A stretch of DNA of 64,000 nt from Vairimorpha necatrix. Its lineage: Eukaryota. The notes under the pieces were generated by a model. That model was not told where the DNA came from. It made no database searches and saw nothing but the letters and a program-made list of their open reading frames with translations. Both the position numbers and the translations under genes were made by a program. Below are positions 1 through 14,116 of this stretch, in pieces. The stretch covers positions 1 through 64,000 of the forward strand of contig CP142727.1 in NCBI GenBank assembly GCA_036630325.1, read 5' to 3'. Numbering within the stretch: position 1 is the first letter of the stretch; each line of letters opens with the position of its first letter.

Positions 1-2334
1 CCTAACCTACCTACCTAACCTACCTACCTACCTAACCTACCTACCTAACCTACCTAACCTACCTAACCTACCTAACCTACCTACCTAACCTACCTAACCT
101 ACCTACCTACCTACCTACCTACCTACCTACCTAACCTACCTAACCTACCTACCTACCTAACCTACCTAACCTACCTAACCTACCTACCTAACCTACCTAC
201 CTACCTACCTAACCTAACCTAACCTACCTACCTAACCTACCTAACCTACCTAACCTACCTACCTACCTAACCTACCTAACCTAACCTACCTACCTAACCT
301 ACCTAACCTACCTAACCTACCTACCTACCTAACCTAACCTACCTAACCTAACCTACCTAACCTACCTAACCTACCTACCTACCTAACCTACCTACCTACC
401 TAACCTACCTACCTAACCTAACCTACCTACCTAACCTAACCTACCTACCTACCTAACCTACCTACCTACCTAACCTAACCTACCTACCTAACCTACCTAC
501 CTAACCTACCTACCTACCTAACCTACCTAACCTACCTAACCTACCTAACCTACCTAACCTACCTACCTACCTACCTACCTACCTAACCTACCTACCTAAC
601 CTACCTACCTAACCTACCTACCTAACCTACCTACCTAACCTACCTAACCTACCTAACCTACCTACCTAACCTACCTAACCTACCTAACCTAACCTACCTA
701 CCTAACCTACCTAACCTACCTACCTAACCTACCTACCTAACCTACCTAACCTACCTACCTAACCTACCTAACCTACCTAACCTACCTAACCTACCTACCT
801 AACCTAACCTACCTACCTACCTAACCTACCTAACCTAACCTACCTACCTAACCTACCTAACCTACCTACCTACCTAACCTACCTAACCTACCTACCTACC
901 TAACCTACCTACCTACCTAACCTACCTAACCTACCTAACCTAACCTACCTAACCTACCTAACCTACCTAACCTACCTAACCTACCTACCTACCTACCTAA
1001 CCTACCTAACCTACCTACCTACCTAACCTACCTAACCTACCTAACCTAACCTACCTAACCTACCTACCTACCTACCTAACCTACCTAACCTACCTAACCT
1101 ACCTACCTAACCTACCTAACCTACCTACCTACCTACCTAACCTACCTAACCTACTAACCTACCTACCTAACCTACCTAACCTAACCTACCTACCTACCTA
1201 ACCTACCTACCTAACCTACCTACCTAACCTAACCTACCTACCTACCTAACCTACCTACCTACCTACCTACCTAACCTACCTACCTAACCTACCTACCTAC
1301 CTAACCTACCTAACCTACCTACCTACCTACCTAACCTACCTAACCTACCTAACCTACCTACCTACCTAACCTAACCTACCTAACCTACCTACCTACCTAA
1401 CCTAACCTAACCTACCTACCTAACCTACCTACCTACCTAACCTACCTAACCTACCTACCTAACCTACCTACCTACCTACCTAACCTACCTAACCTACCTA
1501 CCTACCTAACCTACCTACCTACCTACCTACCTAACCTAACCTAACCTACCTAACCTACCTAACCTACCTACCTAACCTACCTAACCTACCTACCTACCTA
1601 CCTACCTAACCTACCTAACCTACCTAACCTACCTACCTACCTACCTACCTACCTACCTACCTACCTAACCTACCTAACCTAACCTACCTACCTACCTACC
1701 TAACCTACCTACCTAACCTACCTACCTAACCTACCTACCTACCTACCTAACCTACCTACCTAACCTACCCTACCTACCTAACCTACCTAACCTACCTAAC
1801 CTACCTACCTAACCTACCTAACCTACCTAACCTACCTACCTAACCTACCTACCTAACCTAACCTACCTAACCTAACCTACCTACCTACCCAACCTACCTA
1901 CCTAACCTACCTAACCTACCTACCTAACCTACCTACCTAACCTACCTAACCTAACCTACCCTACCAACCTAACCTAACCTAACCTAACCTACCTAACCTA
2001 CCTAACCTACCTACCTACCAACCTACCTAACCTACCTAACCTACCTAAACCTAACCTACTACCTAACCTAACCTAACCTACCTAACCTACCTACCTAACC
2101 TAACCCTACCTAACCCTACCTAACCTACCTACCTAACCTACCTACCTAACCTACCTACCTACCTAACCTAACCTACCTAACCTACCTACCTAACCTAACC
2201 ACCTACCTACCTACCTACCTAACCTACCTACCTACCTAACCTACCTACCTACCCTAACCTAACCTAACCTACCTACCCTAACCTACCTACCTACCACCTA
2301 CCTACCTACCTAAAACCTACCCTAACCCACCTAC
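1..2334. repeat. Telomeric array of irregularly mixed CCTA and CCTAA units (TAGG/TTAGG on the G-rich strand)
   Basis: Starts at base 1, with the C-rich strand on + as expected for a left chromosome end. Built almost entirely from the two units; variants (CCCTA, CCAA, CCA) accumulate from about 1770 onward. Confidence 0.96.
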
Positions 2335-2499
2335 ATAACACGTAAGCTTTTAGCCCTTAAACCTTCCTAATTCTTTTGTTTAAAAAATTTATTAGTTAAA
2401 TCAATATGTAACTAAAATAAATAAAAATTGAAAATTTGTTGATAAAATTTATCTAACTCTTTTTATAATTCAAGTATTTATTTCAGATTAATAATTATA

Positions 2500-5400
2500 T
2501 GTTATACTTTTTTTTAATAGGGGGTTCAACCCCAAGATCCCCCTCCAGACGTGTAGTCTCACGTTACAAGCTTCTAATTTATAATTTTATAATCTTTTAG
2601 TTTATAATGTCGTTTCTTAATGTATCTTTAGCTATCAGTCCTTACAATATAAGAATCATTTTCGTACTTTTCCATTATTTTACCAACATTTGTGAATCTT
2701 CCTTTCATACTTTTTATCTATTTTCCCAAAATTTTATCTTGCGATTTTCACAGCCTGATCTACTTCAAATTTTTCTCTATGTTTTTGTTTAAACTTACTT
2801 GCATACACACCCTTTTAATTGTTTTCAATTAAGACTTCTTCTCCTTGGTCCTTACATGCTTCCATTGGTGTACATTTTATCGTTGTGTGTAGAGTGTTAT
2901 TATAGGTTCATACAGCTTGTTCTAGTTTTTCTTCTGGGTTTCCTTCTTTTTATTTGATCATTGATTCCCTTATTGTTCAAATACATCGTTCTATTCTTCA
3001 ATTACTCCTATGAGCTTCTAAACCTACTTTCCATTGACTAATTTCGTTTTCTATACACCAAGTTACAAAATTCTTACTAAAAATTCCTTATGTTTTCCGT
3101 AATATATTCATCTAGGTATCTATCTCAAATATCCATTTTATAAAGTTTTAGACTAATTTCACTATCATTATTTTCTATCTTTGCGTCACATATTCTTGTT
3201 CTAAGTAGTCCATCCCAAATAGCACGTATCTTTCTATTTGCCAAATATCCAATACGTTAGAAAGTTTTTTAAATTTCTTAAATATTGTTACTTAATTGCT
3301 ACCTCCCATCGTTTTTCTATTATTAATGCTACATACTTCACAATTTTTTAGTGTTGTGGTTATCTGGTACTTCATACCGGACCAGTACCATCTTTGTTTA
3401 ATCTTATAATGTGTTCCCTTAACTCCTCGATCTATTTAATTCCTCATGAACTCTACGAATTTCTGTCTCTTGTTAGTTCGTTGTGTAGTAGTTTTTTAAT
3501 TTCTCCTGTTGAGAACTTCCATTAGTTTTTGCCTTCTCTTTTAGCTATGCGCTTGTTTTCTTTCCCTTTCATCTGTTTTGGGGCCGTTTCTCTCTTTAGC
3601 GATTTTCAATTTCTTCGTTATTTTCAAATTGTCTACTAAGAGCATCCACATACGTCATCAATTCTCCTTTTACTTATTTAATAGTAAAATCGAACTCTTG
3701 TATATATTCTATCCATCTCTTAATTATAAAATTATTGAAAAACGGGTTGTTTCAAATCTCGGCCAGCCCTTTATGATTTGTCATTTATTAAAATTTGCTT
3801 CGTCCAAAACTGACTCAAATTTCTTTATTCCGAATAACACTGCCTTATCTCTTTTTCACTAATCGTATACCTTTTTTAGGTTGGTGTTATCATTTTTGGT
3901 GCCCAATGTATCGGATTCCACCTTTCTTCTTTGTCTTCTTGCAGAAGTATGGCTCAAATTCCCGTATCGCTTGCATCCGTTCTTACTCTAAATATTTTTT
4001 ACTATCTTCTATTTTTAATTTTAACACATTCTTCAAACCCTCTTTGATATCCATAAAAGCTCTTTCCAAATCTTCGGACTATCCCCACTTAACATCTTTT
4101 TTAGTGCTTCTGTAAGACGTGCTGTCCGTTAAGCATAATTTTGAATAAAATCTCTAAACCAGCCTGCCCGTCCCTCAAATCTTCTAAGATCTTTTATGTT
4201 GTTAGGCCATCTGTATTCTTATGTCTTTTGCTTTTTAATTTTGTTAGGTGTAATGTCTTCTCCGTTAATTGATACTCCAAGTAGTTTTACTTCTCCTTTA
4301 TGTTTTATTTTTTTTTAGGTTTCTTTTAATCCACATTTGTTAAATTTTCGAATTACTTGTTTTAAAAAATTTTCGTGTATATTACTATCTCTTGCATGAA
4401 ATATAATAACATCCATGTACACCTCAACACTCTTGCCTCTAAACTTATCTAAAACTCCGTTCATCACTCTTTGCATAATATGGGGAGCATTTTTAAATCC
4501 CATTACCATGCTATTCCATTCGTAAACTCGAACATTTATCTCAAAGCTTTCTTATGTTTTTGAGCTTTCTCAATTTTATATGATAGAATCCTTCCTAGAG
4601 GTCTATAACTGTAAATACTTTAAAACTTTGCTTTGCCCTAATAATGTCTCTAATTAATGGCAATTCATACGGATCCTTTTTAACCAGTTCATTTAAAGCC
4701 ATCAAATGGCTTCTCAATTGTACTTCACCATTTGGTTTTTCTATGGGCTTTATTAGGCTTCTCCATTCGCTCTTTGTCCTTCTGATAATACCTCTACTTT
4801 CTAATAAATAAATATACTTTTCTAACTTTTCTCGAATTATAAGAAATATTTTGTCTTTTTATATCTACTTTCACTTCTTGTTTTGTTTTGATAGAACATT
4901 TCCCCCCTGTTAAGTATTTATTTACTCTTCGTCTTTTCCTATTACCTCAGGAAATTTTCCTTCTAATTCTTAATATTTATTAATATTTTTTCTTCTTGTA
5001 TCTTGGTTTGTATTTTTTACATAAAAACTGTTTCTTGAGTTCTCTCTCTCTACCTCCACTGTTAGTCTTAATTTAAAATCATTTCCTTTTAATATTTTCA
5101 TTTTACTATTATCATGAATGCCAAAATATTTAACACTTTTATTTTCATTATTCTCTTCCTGTCTTCCTTTACGCTCCATACAACCTCTAGCTATATGTAT
5201 AATACTTCAACATATAAAACAATGTTTTTCTTCTCGTCATTGATATTAAAAGTTTCTTCCTGGCACTGCTACAGTCCTGGTAATTTATCGTTTAATCTTC
5301 TTTTTAATTTTTCTTTCATAATCTCTACCATATCTGAAAGTTCTCTACTCCTTATTTTTTCCTTGTTATGATTCTCTTCTTGTTTACAACCAATTTATCA

Positions 5401-5650
5401 ATAATATCATTCCAATTTATCATACTAATTAAAGTTTTATCATTAATAAAATTTTGAATTTCAGTACTTACTTGTTGCGCCTTTTCGTTGTCACTTCATT
5501 TACATTTTTCTGCATTATGATGATCGTCTCACTCTCTGAGCTTTTTTTAGGAATTTATTGTTCTCTTAAACACGGCTCTCACTTGTTACCCTTTTAGTAT
5601 TTTGTGTTCGCCATGTTATAATTTATTTAATAGGAGGTTCAACTTAAACA
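2500..5650 (-). mobile_element. Degenerate Ty3/gypsy LTR retrotransposon with 37-38 bp LTRs, next to the telomere
   Basis: Diverged direct repeats at 2500-2537 and 5614-5650. PBS-like TGGCGAAC follows the 5' LTR on the minus strand; PPT CGTCTGGAGGGGGA precedes the 3' LTR. Broken gag knuckle CFIC*SIIHIARGC (~5180-5225), RT MVMGFKNAP...VYMDV (4315-4509), RNase H and integrase remnants. Flanks TTATA/TTTTA fit a 5-bp TSD with one mismatch. Confidence 0.88.
4315..4509 (-). pseudogene. Reverse transcriptase fragment of the gypsy element
   Basis: MVMGFKNAPHIMQRVM...VEVYMDVII aligns by eye with MVMGYKNSPQILQRIM...VEVYMDDIV of the 41-44 kb element; the catalytic YMDD has become YMDV. Confidence 0.9.
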
Positions 5651-8600
5651 TTTTATTTAAAACACAATGTATTTTTGGTGTAATTCTGCGAATAAATTTA
5701 TGTAATATATATCGCAAAGTATGAAATTAAGTCTTTATTTTGTAATATATATTATTGTAAAAAAGGACAATCTTTTGTTTTAACATATTTTCACTAAAAA
5801 AAATAAAATTTTAGGGATATTATACAAATTACTTTAATTTCGAATGCTGTACTAACGCATATATCAAGACACAGGAGCTTATACTCTTTAGGAAAGCTCA
5901 TAACCACTATGAATAATAAAATTAAATCATTATTTCAAGAAAGTAAAAGGACGTAATAATTTAGAAACATTAAGGACTAGATGACAGTGTTTGTTTGAAA
6001 ATACAATACGAATAACTAATTACAATCAAATATCTCACATTAAAATTATGTGATTTTAAAATAAATCAATGAAAGTAATTAAGATTTATCTAAATTAATA
6101 TGATATAATTTATTTTTATAAAATAAAAAATTGTTTTTTTTTCAATTTTTTTATTGAATATTTCTGTCTACTTTGGAGCTGGATAGGGATGCAGTTTCTT
6201 CTAATGTACAATCTCGTTTATCTTGTATTTGCCCAACTGTCCAGGAAGTCTTTATAATTACAAATGATATTGTGTCTATTTTTTATGTTCTCTTTGGGAT
6301 TTAATTTTTTATAGTAGAAAATATAATATTTTAACAATAAGAGGGATAAAACTATTGGATAATTTAAAAATACATTCTATAAGAAATAATTTGATTATGT
6401 GATCATAATCTTCTAGATATGATTTTATATTTTCTTTTATAACCGTTAGATTTACTTCTTGCTTGATCTTCATATAATTTCAATTATGAAGCAACCAGTT
6501 TGATATTATTGATAACCAGTTAATATTGATAAATTTTTTGCGATTCAGATATGTTGTATATTCAAAATTATTGCATAAAAAATTGCGGATAGTTTAAAAG
6601 TAACTTAACATTCTCTATGAAAATGTTTTACTTAATGTGTTATGTTAAAATGTAATTTTTTATGATAAAACCAATTCATTTTTTATACTAAAATTTTATT
6701 TTTTATTAAATCATTAGATTGATTTCATTTTACAAAAATCAAAATGTTTATTCAAAAAAATTCATAAAGATTTTTTTGTTTTAATAATTAAAATTAAATT
6801 TATCAATTTATTATTATATTTGTATTATCAATTAATATTTAAATTAAATATAATTTAATAATTATTAGAAATCGTCAACCGCCTTTATTTTTTAATATGT
6901 AATTGGGTTTATACATTAAAATATTTTAATTAAATTTTTTTCTGTCATTATTAAAATAAAAATTTGTTTTTATATTTATACGCTCTTACGTTATATTATC
7001 CTTAAATTTATATAAATATCTATTAAGAAGTTGCATTGGGTTTTGTTTATACTTTTTATTAACCCTTCTTAGTCCTTATTGATTAATATTTTTTAATTCT
7101 TCGGTTAGTGTAAGATATTTTTCAATAAATTAAATAATTCTGTATTTATTTTGATTTTATTTTTATCATAATTATAGTATTAAAAATAAATACGTGGAAT
7201 ATATGATATTTACTATAAAAATTCGAATGAAGAAATACGAAATTCATTTCCAGCCTAGTTTTGTGTATAAATTTACAATTTGTATAAATATTAATTATCT
7301 TATTATTTGAAATGTATTTAATTTGTTTTCTGACTATTATTAGTGTTACCTGAAGGCGAAGATGGGGTAGTCTGAGGCTTAGTATTCGAAAAAGAATTCT
7401 TTTTAAGAGACATATTATTTATTTATATAATTTCTTTATAGTTTTATTCTCAGCCTAAAACAATCATGTTTCAGGTTGAGATGAAACGTTTGAAATATCT
7501 TGTTTCAGTTCTTTATTGGTTCCGAAAGTGATGGCGGTAACAATTAGATTTATTTCCTAGATATTTATCATTATTCCCATTAAAATAAATTTTTTTTTTT
7601 ATAATATTTTTACAGATTAATACCATACATTTTAAAATACTGTTGTAATAAACCATAACAGAATGAAATGTCGTACGTTGTGTTACTCTATAGATGTTTA
7701 TATTTTTTCGTCGTATGTCTTTATGTTTCTTTGAGAATTTAAATTTTTATTTATGAATTTTCATGATATTATTTGGTTTTTATATGCTACATTCTCATAA
7801 TAATTTTAAAAACTTAAGTTAAGCATAAAAAAATGAGTTTTTAGATATTAAGAACTTTCCAATGTTTCCTTGTGATAATTAGAATTGAATGTTTTACTAT
7901 AAGAATGATTTAAATCATTTATAAAACTTTTTGAAATATTGATTGTAATTTAATAACTTTTATCTACAATTTTCTAAAACCCTCCGTGATATGGTTTCCT
8001 TTGAAATACCAATATAAGAATTTTTTAATATTTTTATAAATTTTTCATTATTGAATCATATGTTTCTCGTGTAGGTTGTATATGTCATCATGTTTAATAA
8101 TGTAGGGTAATATATTGCATTGTAAATTTTTGATTGATATATTATTTTTAAAAAAAGATTAAGTCGTTATATGTTCTAAAACTAATACTTATTTTAATCA
8201 GTCGTATGTGTATTATTAAGAGCGAAATTTCAAAAAAAAAAATTTAATGATCAAAAAATATTATTTTCGTTTTAGTGGTTGAGACTTCTAGATTAATTAG
8301 TCGTGAAAATTTAATTGTATGAAAATTTTTTTCTTTTTACTTATCTAAAATATTAAAATGTTTAGTTTGAATGTTTTTATTAACTATTCTATATATAAAT
8401 ATGTATTTTCAAAACGCGTTTGAGTTCAATATGTTTTGTATAAAAAATATAACCAACTACTTTACAAATAATTTTCTTTTAAAAATTATTTTTGTAATAT
8501 TAACCTCAATTATCTTTATTGAAATTGCATTTCGAAAAATATTTGTTTTTTCAAAGATTTCTATTGGCATTATGTTTATTTTACTTGTAGATAAATCTTT

Positions 8601-11600
8601 GTGTATTATAAAATTTATATTGAAGTAAAAAATTTTCTTGACCTTTTCATACTTAAATTTAATCTAACGCATTTTGTTGAACTATAGACAATATATAATA
8701 TCAAAATTAAATTACTATTTTTCATCTATAATGTATACTATAACGGTTATATTCAAATTTTTGATTCAAAAAATTTAAATATCTGATAATTATAAGACAA
8801 AGAACTATATTTTTTACTTTATAAGAGGAATTTTTAAGTTTGGTCTTTTAACTAATAATATTTCATTTTTTTGCTAAATAATAAAAATTTTTATTTTTTT
8901 ATTTATATATGTGTAAATGAATTCTAATTTATTTTAAAAATTTAATTTCTTAAGAATACTTTAAAATTTTCGAGACTAACGATATATAAATATTATTTAG
9001 GTGTTTTTTCGAAGATTCTTATTTGTTTCAAAGTATTATCATATTGTTAGTATTTAATATATCCATTCAAACTTTTCGACTTTTTTTTTATTTTTTTGTA
9101 AATAATCTTGAAAACGTCCAGGTGAAAAATTATATAGTATTGTAATTAAGAAATATTTCTCTTGTATTAACATGTCATAAGTAAGTTTTTAATTTTTAAT
9201 AAAGCTAGTGATAAACATTTTATTTTATGTTATTACTCTTTATATTATTTTAAATTATTTTCTGCTTAAATAAATAAATTTTAGAATATATATTCAGTTT
9301 GCGTGTAACTATGCTATACAAGATTTTAAAAAAAATATAGCATTTCATAATCAATTCTATTATTGTTATTAACTGTATTGGATTTATATGCATTTCTATT
9401 TCCAACCCCCCCCCTCCCATTTTTGGTTTTATTTTTTTGAGATATGCGACGCCTTTTTCAAAATCTCGAAAACGTTTTATTCACAACAACCTTGTATTAA
9501 ATTACACGGGATATTGTTTTTATATAACTATTCATAATTAAAAATTTACTTATTATTTCTTATTATATTATAATATGGAATATAACTAAGTAGGTTTCCT
9601 TAGGATTTTTTAAATCAATAACATAAATGTTGTTTCTAAGTAAAATTCTTTTTAGCGTTACTAAACGATTTTACAACACATAGGTAATATTTTATATTGT
9701 TAATTTAATATAATAATTTTCAATTCTTCTAATTATACATTAAATAAGAGATTTTCTTAAAGAATATATAATTTTACGATATTGTTGAATGAAATTAGAA
9801 TTTTTTTTTCTTTCGTAAATGACCTCTTTTTATAATATTTCGATCTTCATGCTTAAATTTTGTTCTATTATTATATATAAATATTATACTTAACGGATTT
9901 AGAAAGTATTATATATAACAAAAGAGCGATTATCAAATATTTAACCGAGAGATTTTTGAATTGATTTGTTCTTATTTATTTGAAATTATTAATAAAATAA
10001 TATATTTTTATAAATATGATAAAAGTATTGATGATTTTACTTTTTAGAATTTTTTGGTCATAATTTCAAATTTTGTGTGGTCAATATGATTGTAAACAAC
10101 AAATTAATATTTGTGACATTTGTTTTTTACCAACTTCGATTCCAAAAGTCTACAATGTTTCATAACTGAAACTTCTTTAGAATTCTATAAATCAAAAAAT
10201 GTAATATACGAGGTTAATCAAAATTCGTTTAAAATTTTTATATAATATTTGTTTTCGTTTTTTACCATTAGTAATTATTATACTTAATAACGTGTACATA
10301 TTTATCAAATATAAATATTATATAGTTGATTTTTCAGTATAATTTTCATTTACAAAATCGTCTGATATGTTTCAGATAATTAAAAAACTAATCTATTTGT
10401 TTTAATTGTACTTAAATAATACTATATGCAATATTGGGATTTATTTTTGTTTATCTTGGCGTAGACTTTATTATAAAAGAAAATTGTATTTCATCTAATA
10501 TCTTGATCGTATATCTTTAGTTTGAATTCTTATGTATTTATCTTGCAAAGCAATATGTATGAATCATATGTTTATCTTTATAATCCCTCTACTATCTAGT
10601 TATAATAAATTTTTATTATTTGTATCCCTTCTAAAACAGTGCTATTTTTGATCGTAAGTAATTCCATTCTTTTGTTGTACTTATACCAAATGAAAAAAGG
10701 AAAAAACAAATTTAAATTATCTTGTTATTGCCTATGTTGTAAATTTAGATAGTTTGTTGAGTTCGTTTAAATTTTGAAAGATATTTTTTCTTTCAACCAA
10801 TATGCTCGTTCTTATTTTTTCTTTATTTTCTGTTTTTCATAGATAAAACTTTGCTACTTTTAAGTAAGAAGGCTAAAAATATTTCGCTATTAATAACTTT
10901 ATGATTGTGTACTTGCTTCATAGATATTCTTTGCCCTTCATATACAAACTTCTTATTAAAATTCTATTTTTATTGTAATTATTTTTTAGCCACGTAAGTT
11001 ATAGGTTAATTATTTTGCATGGATAAACATATTGAATTTTTTGTTTTTTGTTGTATTATTGGTGTGTTGAAACGTGGTTGGTGAATATTTGAATGTAAAC
11101 TCTGACAAATGTTCTTATGATGTAATCGTTAATACACACTTTCATGAACCTTTGTGTTTAGTTTATCAAGTTTTGGTTTTATAACATTTATTTAAATACT
11201 TTAATGCATATACCAAAATTATTTTAGATAGATTTATAATCTTATTTCTTGTATATAAATATGTCCTAATTTATTCAACAAATATATTGTTAGACTAAAT
11301 TATATGTCTTAATTGATTGTTATATAGTGTCAGACATTTCTTGTAATTAAATCACTCAATGATTGTGTTTTAATTTCTTTTTGAAAGAATCTAATTTACT
11401 TGTTTTCAAAAATATGTTTTTACCTTGCAAAAAGAAGTAAATATTGCGTTTAATTAACGTATTTGTCCAAAGCCGAATTAATATGTTTAACTTTACTTCA
11501 ATTTTTTATTTTTATGTCGATTCTGCACATAATGCGTTTCATAATTATTTTATATACAGTAAATTATATACTTACGTACTCATATGAAAAGACAAATAAA

Positions 11601-12146
11601 TCTAAATTTCTTAAAATATTAATTATACAGATACATACGTTGGCAACCTCTAAAAAAAATGTACTAAATTGTGCAAGAAATAATTTTCGAAATAACAATT
11701 ATAATATATATTCAGATGTGTGAGGCTGCAGACCTGCACTGACGAATCTTGTTTATAATTAAATAATGATTATTGGTGCTGTCAATATCTCAGAGCATTG
11801 TAAATAAACATTAGACATGTTTGACATTCACAAACTAAAAGTAAGACAAGTGCATGTCACATGAAGTACTACTAATTCAGTAGAACTTCGGTTTCATGTT
11901 TGTTTGATTACATCTCAAAGAGTTTGACAGTTAATCTGATTGACTATTTAAACGGAATTTACCCCTGACCTACAATTCCGATGAGCAGCAAAACAAACAA
12001 ATAATATAAATCAATATGTAAATTTAGACTCATCACTTCAACTTCGGATCAGGCTTCATGCCGGATATAAGATGTGTAGATACTCCCTAAAGAAAAAAAA
12101 ATTATTAATTTGTCATATATTTATTTCTTGTTTTTATGTTTAATTC

Positions 12147-14116
12147 TTAGGTATTACCCGGGAGTTGGCCATTCCTCAGATAGCATTCTATAATGCTTCT
12201 CCCGGGTATTAAAGTTTTATTATAATGCAAGTTGTATTATTAAATCTGCCTCCTTGGGCTTTATCTTTCCTCTTCTAAGGATGCATTGATTGATACTGCT
12301 TATTTCTAGACTCCTCTGTTCTTATTGACATATTTTGGTGGGGGTAAAAATAAAAAGAAAATATTTATAGAAAAATAAATTCTAAAAATTCATTTGGAGG
12401 GAAAATATAATAATGTGGCAAATAATACCACATACTACCTCCTGCAAAAAATCAGCAAATTAGAATGCGGATTCCTCCGAAATCATCAAATAGTTCTTTT
12501 CGCCGTTTCCTAGTAATAGCTGGGTTGGATATTCTAAACCTCAAATCAAGGTATGAGTTTAACTTATCACATTTAAGCTTCTCAGATTCGCCCTTTACTC
12601 CATATCTACATATGCTAAATTGCATCTGCTGCATTTTATTTTTGAGGCAATGTTTTCTGAAAGTTCCAAGATTTTTTTTTTATTCTGATAACTATCATAT
12701 TTAGATGTTGCCAAATCTTTTACCTGTTGATGGTTATCTTTAATTTTATCAGGAGGCTTGCTTCTTCCTTTGTTATTTATTTTAATATTTTTGAATATAT
12801 ATCATCTGATGGTATCGTATTCCCTGTCCTTTTCACAAAGTCAACAATATTAATTAAGACTTTAGCTGGAAGATTGTCTATTTTTTATTCAAATTCCTTT
12901 TAATACAATTATCTATATTATTTATTCTTTCATTTATACATTTCTGTTTATTGATGATTTTATTTTCTTTTTGTTTCTGTTTTAATAGGCAGTCGGTTTT
13001 TATGTTTTTCATCCAATTCATCGTTAGGGATTTTTTTTATCATTAACGATTTTCCTTTTTTTTTTATTTCTCAATCGTGGGCTTTTGGTTTTCGTAGACG
13101 ACAATCTCGTGTAGCATGTGATCTTGCTCGATGTATACAGCACCACTTATCACTTTTAAAGTATCTTCCTGTTTCTTCAGGTCTTTTATAATTCTCTTTC
13201 TTAGATATAAATTGAGATATTCGTGTCCCTTCCAGTTTCGTCTGTAAAATTATATTTCTTCTAGATCTTGTGAATATTTTAATAGCTCGTCCATTCTCTT
13301 GTTTTTCATTCCTGATTTTAAAACTTCAATGGCAGTTGATCTGCCTAATCCTCTCTCAAAAATCTGTTTCAATCTAACATCAAATTTCTTTTTCGATAGG
13401 TTCATAGATAATCTGTATATTTCAATCATCGACTCTATTTTCTCATAGTAATCTGCTATACTTCTATAATTTACCTGTTTTACAGTTTCCATCTCTGTTA
13501 ATAATAGCAGCATCATTTTTTGGATATCTAAATTCTAGTAGTTCTTTTTTTTGTTTTTTGAAGCTTTTCTTATTTAGCTTATCTTTCACCTTAGAATCTT
13601 CAATCAAAGAATGGTAGATGAGTCTTATCTGCTCATCAGTCCATTTATTGGCCGTTCCTAGCTCTTTAAACAGCTCGAGATGCTTTATGGTATAGTCTCG
13701 TTTTACAGTTTTCAATTTTTTCTTTAACCACTATTGTAGTTCCTTCTATGGTTTTATCAAATGTGGTATATGCTTCATCATCATTTTGTTTCTCAGTATT
13801 ATTACTTTTTTCTAATACTAATGAGCTCATTGAGGTATTACCCGGGAGTTGGCTGCTCCTCAGTATTCATTCTATAATGCTTCTGCCGGGTATTAAAGTT
13901 TTATTATAATTAAAGTTGTATTATTAAATCTGCCTCTCTGGGCTTTATCTTCCTCTTCTGGGGATGCAGTGATTGATACTGCTGATTTCTAGACTCCTCT
14001 GTTCTTCTTGACATATTTTGGTGGGGGCAAAAATAAAAAGAAAATATTTATAGAAAAATAAATTCTAGAAAATTCATTTGGAGGGAAAATATAATAATGT
14101 GGTAAATAATACCACA
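12147..14116 (-). mobile_element. Internally deleted LTR retrotransposon with ~286-bp LTRs and a gag remnant
   Basis: Direct repeats at 12147-12432 and 13831-14116 with inverted termini TGAGGTATTA...TAATACCACA. Exact 5-bp TSD AATTC at 12142-12146 and 14117-14121. Frameshifted gag pieces (13464-13715, 13250-13516), knuckle-like KWCCIHRARSHATRDC (~13100-13150), purine-rich tract before the 3' LTR. Most of pol is missing. Confidence 0.9.

Noticed and set aside
12150-12210. Hammerhead ribozyme (CTGAGGA on the minus strand within a stem-loop)
   Set aside because: No correctly placed GAAA and no stem I; kept only as a generic structured element.
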